Assembly (NCBI GenBank): GCA_964365955.1
Contig: CAYISA010000002.1
Coordinates: 23,329-87,328 of the forward strand
Direction: 5' to 3'
Length of the DNA stretch: 64,000 nt
Source: an uncultured Candidatus Saccharibacteria bacterium
GTDB lineage: Bacteria; Patescibacteriota; Minisyncoccia; UBA6257; GWB1-50-10
Positions 31,086 to 41,746 of this stretch are shown one piece after another (positions within the stretch are counted from its first letter, which is position 1; each line of letters begins with the position of its first letter). The translations under genes and the position numbers were made by a program. The notes beneath the pieces were generated by a model that had not been told where the DNA came from, made no database searches, and saw only the letters and a program-made list of their open reading frames with translations.

Positions 31086-32439
31086 GTTCGATGATGGTAT
31101 TGGAACTCGACGATTTGAATTCTAAAAGAAACGTGGAAAATGCCAGGAAGAAAAATAAATTGAGGTAGGTGGGAAGTACGTCGAAGAGCACTAATCCTTG
31201 CACAAGATACGCAATCGGGATCGCGGCAATCAAGGCACGCTGAAACGATGATTTTTGGGAAATGAACGAATCCTGTTTTTTGGACGCGATAAAGAAACGC
31301 CAGTAAAAAACGATAAACATTCCCACAAAACTCAAAAGACCCACAATGCCCGTCTCGGCCAAGTAATCGAAAATCAAACTGTGAGCGCGGTCAAACCATG
31401 CCCCGAATCCATCCTTCGGAATAAAATAGCGCGTATCGAAATGGGTGTCGAAAATTTTAATATAGTTCTCCGGTCCCCAACCGAACACGGGGTGCACTTT
31501 AAATCCTTCCCACGCCACATTCCACATAATACGCCGTGTTGCGAATGTCTCCGCGGAAATGGAGACATCGAAAACACGATGACCTGGAATCGCCTGCACA
31601 AAAGGGGTATTTTTAAAATTGATCAAAAGCACCACCACGGCAATAAAGGCGACGACGCCCGTAATCAGCCACTTCCGCCATACTTTGTGACTGTAAGCAA
31701 ATAACAGCGCCGCAAAAACCGCCGACGCCACAAGTCCCATAAATGCTCCGCGCGTACCTGCAAGGAAAAAGAAAGCAAGAAAAATAGCGAGAAGTCCTAA
31801 GAGAATCCATGCGGAAGGTTTCTGTTTAAAATCTTTATATTTTTCTGCAAAAAAGTATAGGACATAATACACCATGAATGCCAAGAATACAGCTACGTAA
31901 GACGAGTTGCCGATGGAGCCTGCGAAACGAAATCCCGGAGTGCTGAATTTATCGCCAATAAAACCGAACATACCGAAATTCGCCAATACACCATATAAAA
32001 TCATCAGTGTTGCGCCCACGAAAAACCACCGGAGCGCTGTGTGCCATTGCTTTTCTTCATGAAATAAGAGCGACGTGAGAATAAAGAAAAACCAAAGATG
32101 AAGAATCTGAAACCCACCTTCACCGCGCTCAAAATTTGACCAAAACGACCACTTGGGATCGATACCGAAAAAAGATGCTAAGAGAAACGCGATCGTGAAA
32201 ACGGTAACCGCGATCGCGATCGGGGATCTGAATAAACTTTTCAACCGCGTCCAGAAAAACTCCGCCTGTTTCCCCCACAAAAGTCCCATCACGGTAAAAA
32301 AGAACGCCAGATCCACGGCGGTGCGGAACCAGACATATTTACCGACAATAAAAGGGAATAGCGTGGAGGTAGTGACAATCGCGACGGTAACGCCGATTGC
32401 CATCAGAAAAAATCGGGCAATTTTGAAAAAGTCGGGCAT
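31063..32439 (-). CDS. O-antigen ligase family (Wzy_C) protein / putative O-oligosaccharyltransferase
   Basis: Polytopic; FWSNFERGEG, GSIGNS, TRGA, R..MW, FGWGPENY, DRAHS. Confidence 0.88.
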   Translation of the reverse strand: MPDFFKIARFFLMAIGVTVAIVTTSTLFPFIVGKYVWFRTAVDLAFFFTVMGLLWGKQAEFFWTRLKSLFRSPIAIAVTVFTIAFLLASFFGIDPKWSFWSNFERGEGGFQILHLWFFFILTSLLFHEEKQWHTALRWFFVGATLMILYGVLANFGMFGFIGDKFSTPGFRFAGSIGNSSYVAVFLAFMVYYVLYFFAEKYKDFKQKPSAWILLGLLAIFLAFFFLAGTRGAFMGLVASAVFAALLFAYSHKVWRKWLITGVVAFIAVVVLLINFKNTPFVQAIPGHRVFDVSISAETFATRRIMWNVAWEGFKVHPVFGWGPENYIKIFDTHFDTRYFIPKDGFGAWFDRAHSLIFDYLAETGIVGLLSFVGMFIVFYWRFFIASKKQDSFISQKSSFQRALIAAIPIAYLVQGLVLFDVLPTYLNLFFFLAFSTFLLEFKSSSSNTIIEHARDSNR

Positions 32440-32494
32440 AACACTAAATAGTCGTTTATCAGTGTACTGTATTCGTGAAGTCCCTGCAACCAAA

Positions 32495-32524
32495 ATTAAA
32501 ACCGCCCCGAAGGGCGGTTTTAAT
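32495..32524 (-). terminator. terminator of S-layer-like gene
   Basis: ATTAAAACCGCCC-TTCG-GGGCGGTTTTAAT (UUCG loop on minus strand). Confidence 0.85.
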
Positions 32525-32552
32525 ACAGTTTTTTGCTACTGCAAAACCAGAT

Positions 32553-35500
32553 TTAGGTCTTCGCGGTAACCGTTCCGAGTGAAGGCGTACCATCAACATA
32601 CATGTTGCTGGTGGTATCGGACAAGTCAGAGTCAGCATTACCGGAGTATCCAAGATCGGACTCAAGTGCGTAGTAGATGACATTCCCCAACGCGCTCACA
32701 GAAAGCTGGAACGTGTTGTTGTTTGCCGCCGCTGCGCTGGTCTTGATCGTGAGATACCTCCAAGAACCTCCATCGAGCTTCGCTTCTGTAGGAGTAACTA
32801 CAGCCGTATCAAACGGAATCGTGGAAGAAGCGCCGAAGGTACCGGTGTTTGCCGCATACCCACTGCCGCTCGACCATGCCGATGTATCCGACTGACCGCC
32901 ACCCATCGCAGATGCGTAGATCTTAAAGGTTGTGGACGAAGAGGCAGTTCCACCGTTCGCAAACACAAATGTTGATGTCGCGAGGTAGACCGGAGCAGAA
33001 CCGTTATTGGTAACTTTGAAGATACCAACTGTGTTTCCACTACCCGTACCAATATCGACTGCCGTAAGCGGAGACACCGCGGAGATCACAACGTTTTGCG
33101 ATGTGACATACGTAATACCGCTCGCCGTCGGCGTACCGGTAATGGTCGCCGTTGTCGTTGCAGTGGTGTTTCCTTTCACGGCAATATCTGTCGTCGCCGC
33201 AATCGAGAACACATAGTCATTCGCCAAGATCGCAACACCACCGTTTGACACATCCGCTTTTACCGACATCGTCACACCTGTGACCGGCACCGGGGCCGAA
33301 AGCAGGTTATCCGTTGCGGTAAACGTGATCGTACAAACCGTTGCGGTGCAAGCATCAAACTGCGAGGCCTGTGCGACTTGGGTCGAGCCTTCGTACAAAC
33401 GAATGTTTGAAAGCGTCGTTGTCGCCAAAGCGCCCGCGCCTGTTGCGGTGATCTTCAAGGACGTAATCTTCTGCGTCTCAAACTGCGAGGTCATCTTCCA
33501 CGCAAAGTAGACACCATTTGCGGTACCCACGCTCACCACCTGCTTCTGGGAAGGCGATGCGCCACTACCAGAAACCAATGCGAGGTTGAGTTTGCCGGAT
33601 GCGACATGCGTCATCATCTGGCCAGTACCCGCGAACGTGATGTTCGTTCCGTGCGTCAAAGAGTTACCCGTAGAGATACCTGTTGCAACAATGTTTCCCG
33701 AAGAGGAAGCAATGTTGAACGTGCTGGTGGTTGTTCCGGAGAGCGCATCCGCCTTAAGGTGGAGCGTAACCGGAGCCACACGCGTCACAACAATCGGAGT
33801 TGTGAAGTCAAACGTTACGGTTACCGCATTGGTAGCGGTCGATCCGGTTGTCGGAAGCGGAGAAGTGTCATTATCTTTGTAGAGATAAAGATTCCCCACG
33901 TCCCCAACGGTCGGACCCGTATGCGTGACAATGATTTTTGTTACCTTCACATCCTCGCCGCCCGACTGGGCATTGAGCTGGAGGGTAGCATATTCATAGC
34001 CGTTTGTTCCCGCAACAACAGAGTTCGCGACCGGAGTCGAGAGTGTCGTTACTGCGAGTTTCGCGGCCTGAACGCCAACCGTAAGACCGCTCACGGTTCC
34101 CACGGAAGGATCCGTAAGATCATTTGTGATCAAGCGCTTTACCTGAAGAAGGTCAAACGCGTTCACTGTGTAGGTCGCGGTTGAGGCCGCACTGGAATTC
34201 ACAGAACCTTCTACCGAAATCACGGAGTCCTGACCGGAAGTCAGAATCGGATACGAAGAAAGCGTGATGGTCTGAACCGTTCCTGCTGTAGCGAAACCGG
34301 AAGCGGCTGCGCTGTAGACCGTTACGCCGTTTACCTTCACATAAACCGTGCCGGTAAGAGCAGTCGTAACCTGTGTGATCCCAAAACTAATCTGGCGGAG
34401 TTCCATGTTTTCACCCGTCGGCTTCGCATTGAATTTCGCGAGAACCACGTTGGTGGAACCAGGAACCACGGAAGCGCTCGGGGAGTCCGACGCGCGGGTA
34501 AAGGTAACCGAACCCGAGTTGATGGTATGAATGTTGAATCCATTACCAATCGGGAATGATGTGTCATTCGAGCCTACACCCGGAATGACGGATACGCCGG
34601 TTGATGCGCCACGAATATCAATATCGTAGTTGTTGTAAACCACGAACTCAATTTTGCGGCTGGTGCCATCAACAACTTTTGCGCGCACCGCGAAATCTTT
34701 CGTCAATCCCTTGTCAATGAAGTAGGGCGACGTGAGGTTAAAGACAATGTTCTTGCTAGAGGGCTGTGCCGTTGCAAGAACCGTGCCGTCCTGCGCTTCC
34801 AAGGTGATATCTTTAATATCCCTGTCGGAGGCAGTGTTGTACATGTAAAGCGTTAAGCTATGCAAGTAAATTCCCTCGTTGCTTCCAACTTCTTGAATTC
34901 GGAATTTTGTGATTTCCTGAACACTGTTCGGATCCACGTTCAACGACGAGGAACCGGTGGAGGTGAGCACATCAAGCGTCGTAGACGCAAGAGAGGTACC
35001 ACCATTCACAATGTTCATCGCATTACCGTTCAACGGAAATGCTCCGGAAACTGCGGTCGTGTCGGCGCCCACTGCGGAAACCGAGTTGAGGCCGAACGCA
35101 ACCGTACCGTTGTAATTTCCTGTAAGGAGGTTAAAGCGAACCGTGAGGTATTCCGTCGATCCTGCGCCAACCATGACCGGATCCATCGACATCGTGATCA
35201 AAACGGAGTTGTCGGCATTCACCGAGGTTACGACATTTCCATGCCGCATCCCCTTAGAATCCACGACATCCACGCCGTTCAAATTCGAATTTGCGAGAAA
35301 TCCGCTCTTCATGACGGAGAGGGACGAAACTTTCACGTTTTTGGAACCGGCAGTTAACTTCACCTTTAAGGCGGGGTTAAACGCGGTACCACTTCCGAGC
35401 GTGCGAGACGCCGGATTGTCCGATGCCAACTCCACCATCAGATCCGTTCCCACGGGAACCGGAACCGGTCCTGGTACGGGGATCGGAGAAGGAGCAGTCG

Positions 35501-35888
35501 CCATTGCGGCGCGGCTTTTCGGACCAAAGTAGCCAACCGCTGGGGTAATCCCATTCGCGCTCTGCCATGCGGCAAGAGCGGCTTTGGTCATAGGACCAAA
35601 GTAGCCGGTGGGGGCGGAAATTTTAAGGTAACCACCCGAGATCAAGACATTCTGCAGAGCCGTTACGTCAGCGCCTTTCGATCCGAGAGTGAGGTTCACG
35701 GAGAAAGTGTATGACGACGGAGCAGTTGCCTGCACAGCGCCCAATTTTGCTTGAAGCGCTGCGATTTGAGCTAAAATTGCAGCTACATCTGCGGAAGAAA
35801 GCGATTGTGCCGCCGCGATTCCCGAAAGGGACGCGATGGTCGCTACCGCTACTGCCACGGATGCAACTTTTCGTACTAATATACTCAT
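32553..35888 (-). CDS. large secreted Thr/Ser/Val-rich surface (S-layer-like) protein with N-terminal peptidoglycan-binding domain
   Basis: Signal peptide; LTLGSKGADVTALQ..TGYFGPMTKAALAAWQ PG-binding motif; beta-rich modules; long leader, own terminator. Confidence 0.75.
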   Translation of the reverse strand: MSILVRKVASVAVAVATIASLSGIAAAQSLSSADVAAILAQIAALQAKLGAVQATAPSSYTFSVNLTLGSKGADVTALQNVLISGGYLKISAPTGYFGPMTKAALAAWQSANGITPAVGYFGPKSRAAMATAPSPIPVPGPVPVPVGTDLMVELASDNPASRTLGSGTAFNPALKVKLTAGSKNVKVSSLSVMKSGFLANSNLNGVDVVDSKGMRHGNVVTSVNADNSVLITMSMDPVMVGAGSTEYLTVRFNLLTGNYNGTVAFGLNSVSAVGADTTAVSGAFPLNGNAMNIVNGGTSLASTTLDVLTSTGSSSLNVDPNSVQEITKFRIQEVGSNEGIYLHSLTLYMYNTASDRDIKDITLEAQDGTVLATAQPSSKNIVFNLTSPYFIDKGLTKDFAVRAKVVDGTSRKIEFVVYNNYDIDIRGASTGVSVIPGVGSNDTSFPIGNGFNIHTINSGSVTFTRASDSPSASVVPGSTNVVLAKFNAKPTGENMELRQISFGITQVTTALTGTVYVKVNGVTVYSAAASGFATAGTVQTITLSSYPILTSGQDSVISVEGSVNSSAASTATYTVNAFDLLQVKRLITNDLTDPSVGTVSGLTVGVQAAKLAVTTLSTPVANSVVAGTNGYEYATLQLNAQSGGEDVKVTKIIVTHTGPTVGDVGNLYLYKDNDTSPLPTTGSTATNAVTVTFDFTTPIVVTRVAPVTLHLKADALSGTTTSTFNIASSSGNIVATGISTGNSLTHGTNITFAGTGQMMTHVASGKLNLALVSGSGASPSQKQVVSVGTANGVYFAWKMTSQFETQKITSLKITATGAGALATTTLSNIRLYEGSTQVAQASQFDACTATVCTITFTATDNLLSAPVPVTGVTMSVKADVSNGGVAILANDYVFSIAATTDIAVKGNTTATTTATITGTPTASGITYVTSQNVVISAVSPLTAVDIGTGSGNTVGIFKVTNNGSAPVYLATSTFVFANGGTASSSTTFKIYASAMGGGQSDTSAWSSGSGYAANTGTFGASSTIPFDTAVVTPTEAKLDGGSWRYLTIKTSAAAANNNTFQLSVSALGNVIYYALESDLGYSGNADSDLSDTTSNMYVDGTPSLGTVTAKT

Positions 35889-36257
35889 TTCTAACTTATA
35901 TTTAACTTAATTATTTTTTATTTTGTATGGTTTCGACCTTTTTTTCTGATACCTGTCGCCCACGCGTTTCGACCCTGATACCATCAGGAACCGTTAGGGA
36001 CAGGGGTGATAATGATTGAAAAAAGAAAAATCCCGCTTTATTGGAGCGAGACAAAAAATAACGCTAATACCCCGACTGGGTGATAAACGCAAAACCGACC
36101 TAGAATTAGCGTATTCGGCCTCACACCAAATACAGCAATGATATTAGTAAACAATCGTAAAAAGTGCAACTACCTAAACGCTCTCCCTCTATCGTAAGGT
36201 ATAACGATACAGGCGGGTGGAAGTTACGAGAATCGCCGAAAATCCAAGTAAAACGGA

Positions 36258-37010
36258 CTAAACAGACCACTGACTCCCCGCAAATATGAGGATAGCCACC
36301 CCAACAAAAAAAGCGAGTCCACGAAGAAGGAAGGGGATGTCCAACTTGCCGCGATAATGGGCTATTACGGAATCGCGCATGAGAAAGAGAATGAGCGTCA
36401 AAAACGCGGCGGCATTTAAAAATCCGAGCGGCAACAGTTTCAGAAAAAATCCTGCCTGAAGCGCCAGGAACGCAATCACCGCGCTTACAATCCATACTCG
36501 TCGCCTTCCTGCAATGTCAAAAAATCCAAAAGCGCCCCGAAACAGCAACAAAACGGCGCAGAAAAGAAAAAGTGCCGACATAAGGGCAAAAAATCCGCTA
36601 AAACTAAACGCCCATGCCGCAACCAAGAAAAAGAGGGTGGTGCTTAAAAGGGAATAGACAAACTCGCGTTGTTTTATGAAAAATGACGTAATTCCCACAA
36701 GAAAGAAAAAGAAGATAGTAAAACCGACAATGACCCATCCTATCGACGCGCTTTCGGGAAACGTCTCGGCGAGCGCTTTCAGTTCTCCTACGCTTAGAAT
36801 CGCGAAAAACCAGAACATAATGCGCGTACGCTTCCTCTCCGGCTGTTCCTGTAGATAAATCCAGAGCAAAAATGCTCCGTACAGCGTCCAAAACAAAAAT
36901 TCGGTGGAATCATACGTGCTCCACCATAAAAAACCGCCGAACAGCGCCGCTTCAAGCGCTAATCTCCACGCGATTCGCTGGGTTAAGAAAAACGTTAACT
37001 TTTTGACCAT
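36258..37010 (-). CDS. polytopic membrane protein
   Basis: Multiple hydrophobic segments; start overlaps clpB 3' end. Confidence 0.7.
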   Translation of the reverse strand: MVKKLTFFLTQRIAWRLALEAALFGGFLWWSTYDSTEFLFWTLYGAFLLWIYLQEQPERKRTRIMFWFFAILSVGELKALAETFPESASIGWVIVGFTIFFFFLVGITSFFIKQREFVYSLLSTTLFFLVAAWAFSFSGFFALMSALFLFCAVLLLFRGAFGFFDIAGRRRVWIVSAVIAFLALQAGFFLKLLPLGFLNAAAFLTLILFLMRDSVIAHYRGKLDIPFLLRGLAFFVGVAILIFAGSQWSV

Positions 37011-39603
37011 CTTTAATGTCGCCCCGGATCATTTTGTCCGCCAAGGCATCCACAATCAGCTTCTGAATCAGACGCTTAATCGGCCGTGCGCCATAATCGG
37101 GATCGAATCCGTTTTTCACGATATGCTCGCGTACCGAAGGTTTGATATGCAGTACAATCCCTCGCTCTTTCAGTCGCTCCTCAAGGCGCGTGATCTGAAT
37201 ATCCACGATTTTGCCGATCTCACCAGGCGTAAGCGGATGAAAAACAATCACTTCGTCCAATCGGTTCAAAAATTCCGGCCGGAACGTGTCTTTTAAGTCC
37301 CCCATCACCCGATCGCGGAAATCATCTTCCCGTACCTGCATCTCTTTCTTTTTGGAATCCCCAAACCCGAGCGTCGAAATTTCACGGAAATACGAGCTTC
37401 CGACATTGGAGGTCAAAATAATGATGGAATTTTTGAAATTCACTATCTTTCCCTTTCCATCCGTCATCCGGCCGTTATCCAGTACTTGCAGGAGAATGTT
37501 AAAAACTTCCGGGTGGGCCTTTTCGATCTCGTCGAATAAAATCAGACTGTAGGGCCGGTGGCGGACGATATCGGTAAGTTGTCCGCCTTCGTCATATCCC
37601 ACATACCCCGGCGGAGAGCCGATCAGGCGCGAAACGGCATGGCGCTCCATATACTCCGACATATCAATGCGGATCAGGGCTTTTTCGTCATTGAACATGA
37701 ACTCCGAAAGCGCTCGTGCCAGCTCGGTCTTCCCGACCCCGGTGGGACCAAGAAACATAAACGATCCCGACGGTTTGTCCTCGTCCGCAAGCCCCGCGCG
37801 GCTACGCCGCAAGGCGCGCGCGACCGCGTCAATCGCTTCTTTTTGCCCCACCACGCGTTTCCCGAGCTCTTCCTCCATACGGATCAATTTCCCCATCTCG
37901 GACTCCATCATGCGTTCTACCGGTATTCCGGTCCAGCGCGAAACAACGCCCGCAATGTCTTCCGCATCCACTACCTCTTTTATGAAGCGCTCGTTTTTAT
38001 CGGATTTTTTCTTTTTATTTTCTTCGGTCGCGAATTTTTTCTCGTACGCGCGATATTCTTTTTCCGCCGACGGCAACTCTCCATAGAGAATCTGCGCCAC
38101 GCGCTCCAGATTGCCTTCCCGTTCCGCAATTTCCGCCTGGCGGCGCAGTTCTTCGATCCGTTTTTGAAGATTATGAAGATTTTCGAACGTCATTTTTTCC
38201 GCGCGCCATTTCCCCTGAAACGCGTCGTACTCTGTTTTTAATTTTGAAAGTTTTTTATCGAGCTCCTTAAGACGCGCCGAAGGCTTCTTTTTGTTTTCTT
38301 TTTGAAAGGCGGAACGCTCGATCTCAAGCCGCGTAATATCGCGCTTCAGCGTATCCATCTCAACGGGAACGCTGTCGGATTCCAATCGCTGCGCCGCCGC
38401 CGCCTCATCGATCAAGTCAATGGCTTTATCGGGCAAAAAACGGTCGGTAATGTAGCGCGCGCTCAAATTCACCGCCGCGACAATCGCGCCGTCGTTGATT
38501 TTGAGCCCATGATGCGTTTCGTACTTATCTTTGAGTCCCCGCAAAATAGAAATGGAGTCCTCGATTGTCGGCTCTTCCACAATCACGGGTTGGAACCGCC
38601 GTTCGAGCGCGGCATCTTTTTCGATGTGTTTTTGATACTCTTTGGTGGTCGTTGCGCCGATTGCATGAAGCTCTCCGCGAGCGAGAGCGGGTTTCAGCAG
38701 GTTTGCGGCATCAAGCGCCCCTTCTGCGGTTCCCGCCCCCACAATCATGTGAATTTCATCGATAAAAAGGATAATCCGTCCTTGGGAATTCTGGATTTCT
38801 CTCAAAAACGCCTTCAGACGATCTTCGAACTCGCCGCGGAACTTTGTCCCGGCAATCAAGGATCCCAAGTCCAACATCACCACCTCTTTTTCTTTCAGCG
38901 ACTCCGGAACTTCGCCGTGAATAATCCGTTGAGCCAGTCCTTCCACGATCGCGGTTTTCCCGACGCCAGATTCACCAATCAAGACGGGATTATTTTTGGT
39001 GCGGCGCGACAGAATCTGCATCACGCGGCGCAGTTCTTCTTCGCGGCCGATCACCGGATCTAATTTTCCTTCCCGCGCCTTCTGCGTAAGATTCACCGCA
39101 TATTTTTCAAGCACTTGAAATTTGCTTTCGGGCGTTTCGTCCGTCACGCGCATGGATCCGCGCAACTGCGCGAGCGTCCGTAACAACACATCGCGGCGGA
39201 CGCTAAGTTTAAGAAGAAGTTCCTGCGCGGCGGACGGAATATCCAAAAGCGCAAGCAACAGATGTTCGCAGGAGATAAATTCGTCTTTCTGGCGAAACGC
39301 GATCTCCGCCGCATGATCCAGTAGTTTCATTAATTCTTGCGACAGATACATCTGGGCGACATTCCCGGTCGCGGTTACCGCTTTTGGAAGTCGGCGCAGG
39401 ATTGTTTCAAGATCACGGCGCAACGCATCCACATTCACATTCGTACGCAGGAGCATGGGCGCCACAAGCGTTTGCTCGTCCTCCAAAAGAGAAAACAAAA
39501 GATGGAGCGCTTTGAGTTCGCCGTGCTGATACTGGCTCACGAGCTCCTGCGCTCTCTGAAGCGCTTCTTGTGCTTTGATCGTAAATCGGTGGAATTGGGG
39601 CAT
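36952..39603 (-). CDS. clpB: ATP-dependent chaperone ClpB
   Basis: Two AAA modules ([16 protein letters not shown]), KFRGEFEDR, long coiled-coil middle domain, GYVGYDEGG. Confidence 0.95.
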   Translation of the reverse strand: MPQFHRFTIKAQEALQRAQELVSQYQHGELKALHLLFSLLEDEQTLVAPMLLRTNVNVDALRRDLETILRRLPKAVTATGNVAQMYLSQELMKLLDHAAEIAFRQKDEFISCEHLLLALLDIPSAAQELLLKLSVRRDVLLRTLAQLRGSMRVTDETPESKFQVLEKYAVNLTQKAREGKLDPVIGREEELRRVMQILSRRTKNNPVLIGESGVGKTAIVEGLAQRIIHGEVPESLKEKEVVMLDLGSLIAGTKFRGEFEDRLKAFLREIQNSQGRIILFIDEIHMIVGAGTAEGALDAANLLKPALARGELHAIGATTTKEYQKHIEKDAALERRFQPVIVEEPTIEDSISILRGLKDKYETHHGLKINDGAIVAAVNLSARYITDRFLPDKAIDLIDEAAAAQRLESDSVPVEMDTLKRDITRLEIERSAFQKENKKKPSARLKELDKKLSKLKTEYDAFQGKWRAEKMTFENLHNLQKRIEELRRQAEIAEREGNLERVAQILYGELPSAEKEYRAYEKKFATEENKKKKSDKNERFIKEVVDAEDIAGVVSRWTGIPVERMMESEMGKLIRMEEELGKRVVGQKEAIDAVARALRRSRAGLADEDKPSGSFMFLGPTGVGKTELARALSEFMFNDEKALIRIDMSEYMERHAVSRLIGSPPGYVGYDEGGQLTDIVRHRPYSLILFDEIEKAHPEVFNILLQVLDNGRMTDGKGKIVNFKNSIIILTSNVGSSYFREISTLGFGDSKKKEMQVREDDFRDRVMGDLKDTFRPEFLNRLDEVIVFHPLTPGEIGKIVDIQITRLEERLKERGIVLHIKPSVREHIVKNGFDPDYGARPIKRLIQKLIVDALADKMIRGDIKDGQKVNVFLNPANRVEISA

Positions 39604-39702
39604 AGGTTAGATGCTTACAGTATAAATTTTCCTTTCCTTATTTTCAAATATGTATTGCGAAATTGAGATTGTGGGATATATAATGGAGCCATACGGATAC
39701 TG

Positions 39703-39728
39703 GATAACATTTTCTTCCGTGATTCGTA
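39703..39728 (+). promoter_or_regulatory. putative ECF-sigma promoter
   Basis: GATAAC-N16-CGTA, same spacing as the site before the ECF gene. Confidence 0.4.
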
Positions 39729-39766
39729 GTATTCTAGGCAAAAGGTCGAGGTCAAAATTATAAAAT

Positions 39767-40387
39767 ATGAAACATACAGTAATTTTATTGGGAGGCACGC
39801 TACTTATGATGGCGATGCCGTTCCTCGCGGGCGCGCAAGTGACCCCGGCGCAGACATCATGCGCCATACCAGCGAACCCAACAACCGCAAGTGACTGGAC
39901 ACCAACCGTCACCTGCTTGATGCAGAGAATTTTTGCTATAGAAGCTCGTCTGGCAAAGATGGAGACGCAACTCGGCGTGGGAAACGCGGGAGTTCTTCCG
40001 TCAATCGGAGCACCGACTCCGGCCCTCTATCCAGCTAATCCGACAAGCGGATCAATCCCTCCGAACTACGGCGTCCCGACACCAGTTGGCCCCTATGTAG
40101 GAGGAAGCGGCTCGGCAGGCGTCGGTACCGCAATGGTGTCGCCTTCTATGGTGACTACGGTTCAGAATTTCCTGAAAGCAGAGGGATCATTCGTTTATCC
40201 CACCGCTACAGGATTTTTCGGGCCTATCACCCGGGAAGCGCTGAAACAATTCCAGGAAAAACAAGGGCTTCCGGCATCAGGAGAAATTGATGCGGCAACC
40301 TTGAATAAGATGAAGATGCTTGCACCTACGATTGCGCCCGGCATGTCTTCGCAAATGCAAATGATTACCATCCCTTCAGTTCGATAA
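39767..40387 (+). CDS. secreted protein with C-terminal peptidoglycan-binding domain
   Basis: Signal peptide, Pro/Gly linker, VQNFLK..ATGFFGPITREALKQFQ..GLPASG. Confidence 0.8.
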   Translation: MKHTVILLGGTLLMMAMPFLAGAQVTPAQTSCAIPANPTTASDWTPTVTCLMQRIFAIEARLAKMETQLGVGNAGVLPSIGAPTPALYPANPTSGSIPPNYGVPTPVGPYVGGSGSAGVGTAMVSPSMVTTVQNFLKAEGSFVYPTATGFFGPITREALKQFQEKQGLPASGEIDAATLNKMKMLAPTIAPGMSSQMQMITIPSVR

Positions 40388-40404
40388 ACCGGAAAAGAAA
40401 CAAG

Positions 40405-40444
40405 AAAAACTCCCATCTAAACATAGGTTAAGATGGGAGTTTTT
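40405..40444. terminator. bidirectional terminator
   Basis: AAAAACTCCCATCT / AGATGGGAGTTTTT inverted repeat between convergent genes. Confidence 0.8.
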
Positions 40445-40456
40445 ATTTAAGCGCTG

Positions 40457-41719
40457 CTAGTTTGAAGGACGCTCGGCAAGCGCGGCGCGTACCGTAACAA
40501 TAGTATCGCCGCGCTGTATTTTGAAGGTAAGAGTGTCGCCGATATTATATTTTTGAATGATCGCTGAAAGCGGATGTTCGATTGTAATTTTTTCGCCGTT
40601 CGCTTCAAGCAGAATATCTTCCGCTAAAATCCCCGCTCTATCGGCCGGAGAATCCTTAACGACTGCGGGACCGTCTTCGGAACCGCGCACCAATGCGCCG
40701 TAATTCACCGGAAGTTTTTGCGCCTTCGCGTACTCTTCGTCCACCAGCCGATACCGCACTCCCAGATAGGCGGACCTGATACTGCCGGTTGTTTTAACCG
40801 ACTGAATGGCACGTTTTGCATTATTGATGGGGATCGTAAACCCGATGCTCTGCGCTCCCTCGGCCATCGCGGTATTAATACCGATCACTTCGCCCCGAAG
40901 ATTCAGAAGCGGCCCGCCGGAGTTTCCCGGATTGATTGCCGCGTCGGTCTGGATTACACCGGAAATCGTTTCCGTGCCGATCCCCTCGCCGGACGCGGTT
41001 ACCGTGCGCCCCAATCCGGATATCACTCCCACGGAAACCGTATTCCGGTACTCGCCAAGCGCGTTCCCGATTGCAATTGCGGTCTGCCCCAGTTTCAACG
41101 CACTCGAATCCCCCAGTTTTGCCGCGACAAGTCCTGCCGCCGTGATTTTGATGACCGCTAAGTCCTGTACAGGATCGCGCGCAAGCACTTTTGCGCTGTA
41201 TTTTTTTCCGTCGTTTGTGAGGACGGTGTACTCTGCTTTTGCATCCGCAACCACATGTTTATTCGTTAAAATCATGCCGTCCTCCGAAATCACGAACCCT
41301 GACCCCCCGCCCACTTCCTGCTTCTTGGTTCCCCTCTGGCAGGGTTGGCTGAACTGGAATCCAAAGTTTCCGCCAAAAAAATCGCGGAACTCCGGCGGAA
41401 TACCCCCCAACGGGTCTCCCGGACACTGTTCAATCACGGGTAGATCCTTGGAAATAACAATTGAGACTACTGACTTTGCGGCAGAATCCACTGCACCCAC
41501 AACGGCATTTTCATAATCAATCGCCGGCTTGTAGAGCGGAACTGTTTTCTCTTCCTTTTTTTGATCACTATAAACAGGCGCTTCCGGAACTTCACGCTTG
41601 AAAAACTTGAAGATATCGTCAAAAACGTTCGCGCGCGCGACTCCAATCGTGATCGCCACACCCGCGATTCCTCCCACAAGTCCTACCGCCACAATAAAAG
41701 AAATTAGTTTTTTAGACAT
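40457..41719 (-). CDS. htrA: HtrA/DegP serine protease with PDZ domain
   Basis: GSGFVI, TNKHV, DLAVIK, QTDAAINPGNSGGPL, PDZ. Confidence 0.93.
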   Translation of the reverse strand: MSKKLISFIVAVGLVGGIAGVAITIGVARANVFDDIFKFFKREVPEAPVYSDQKKEEKTVPLYKPAIDYENAVVGAVDSAAKSVVSIVISKDLPVIEQCPGDPLGGIPPEFRDFFGGNFGFQFSQPCQRGTKKQEVGGGSGFVISEDGMILTNKHVVADAKAEYTVLTNDGKKYSAKVLARDPVQDLAVIKITAAGLVAAKLGDSSALKLGQTAIAIGNALGEYRNTVSVGVISGLGRTVTASGEGIGTETISGVIQTDAAINPGNSGGPLLNLRGEVIGINTAMAEGAQSIGFTIPINNAKRAIQSVKTTGSIRSAYLGVRYRLVDEEYAKAQKLPVNYGALVRGSEDGPAVVKDSPADRAGILAEDILLEANGEKITIEHPLSAIIQKYNIGDTLTFKIQRGDTIVTVRAALAERPSN

Positions 41720-41746
41720 CGATAAACATATCTACGGTGTTCCAAC

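Noticed and set aside
37558-39063. Long plus-strand ORFs inside clpB, and similar ones inside the S-layer-like gene, htrA, znuB and gpmI
   Set aside because: Antisense shadows of well-supported genes with no motifs
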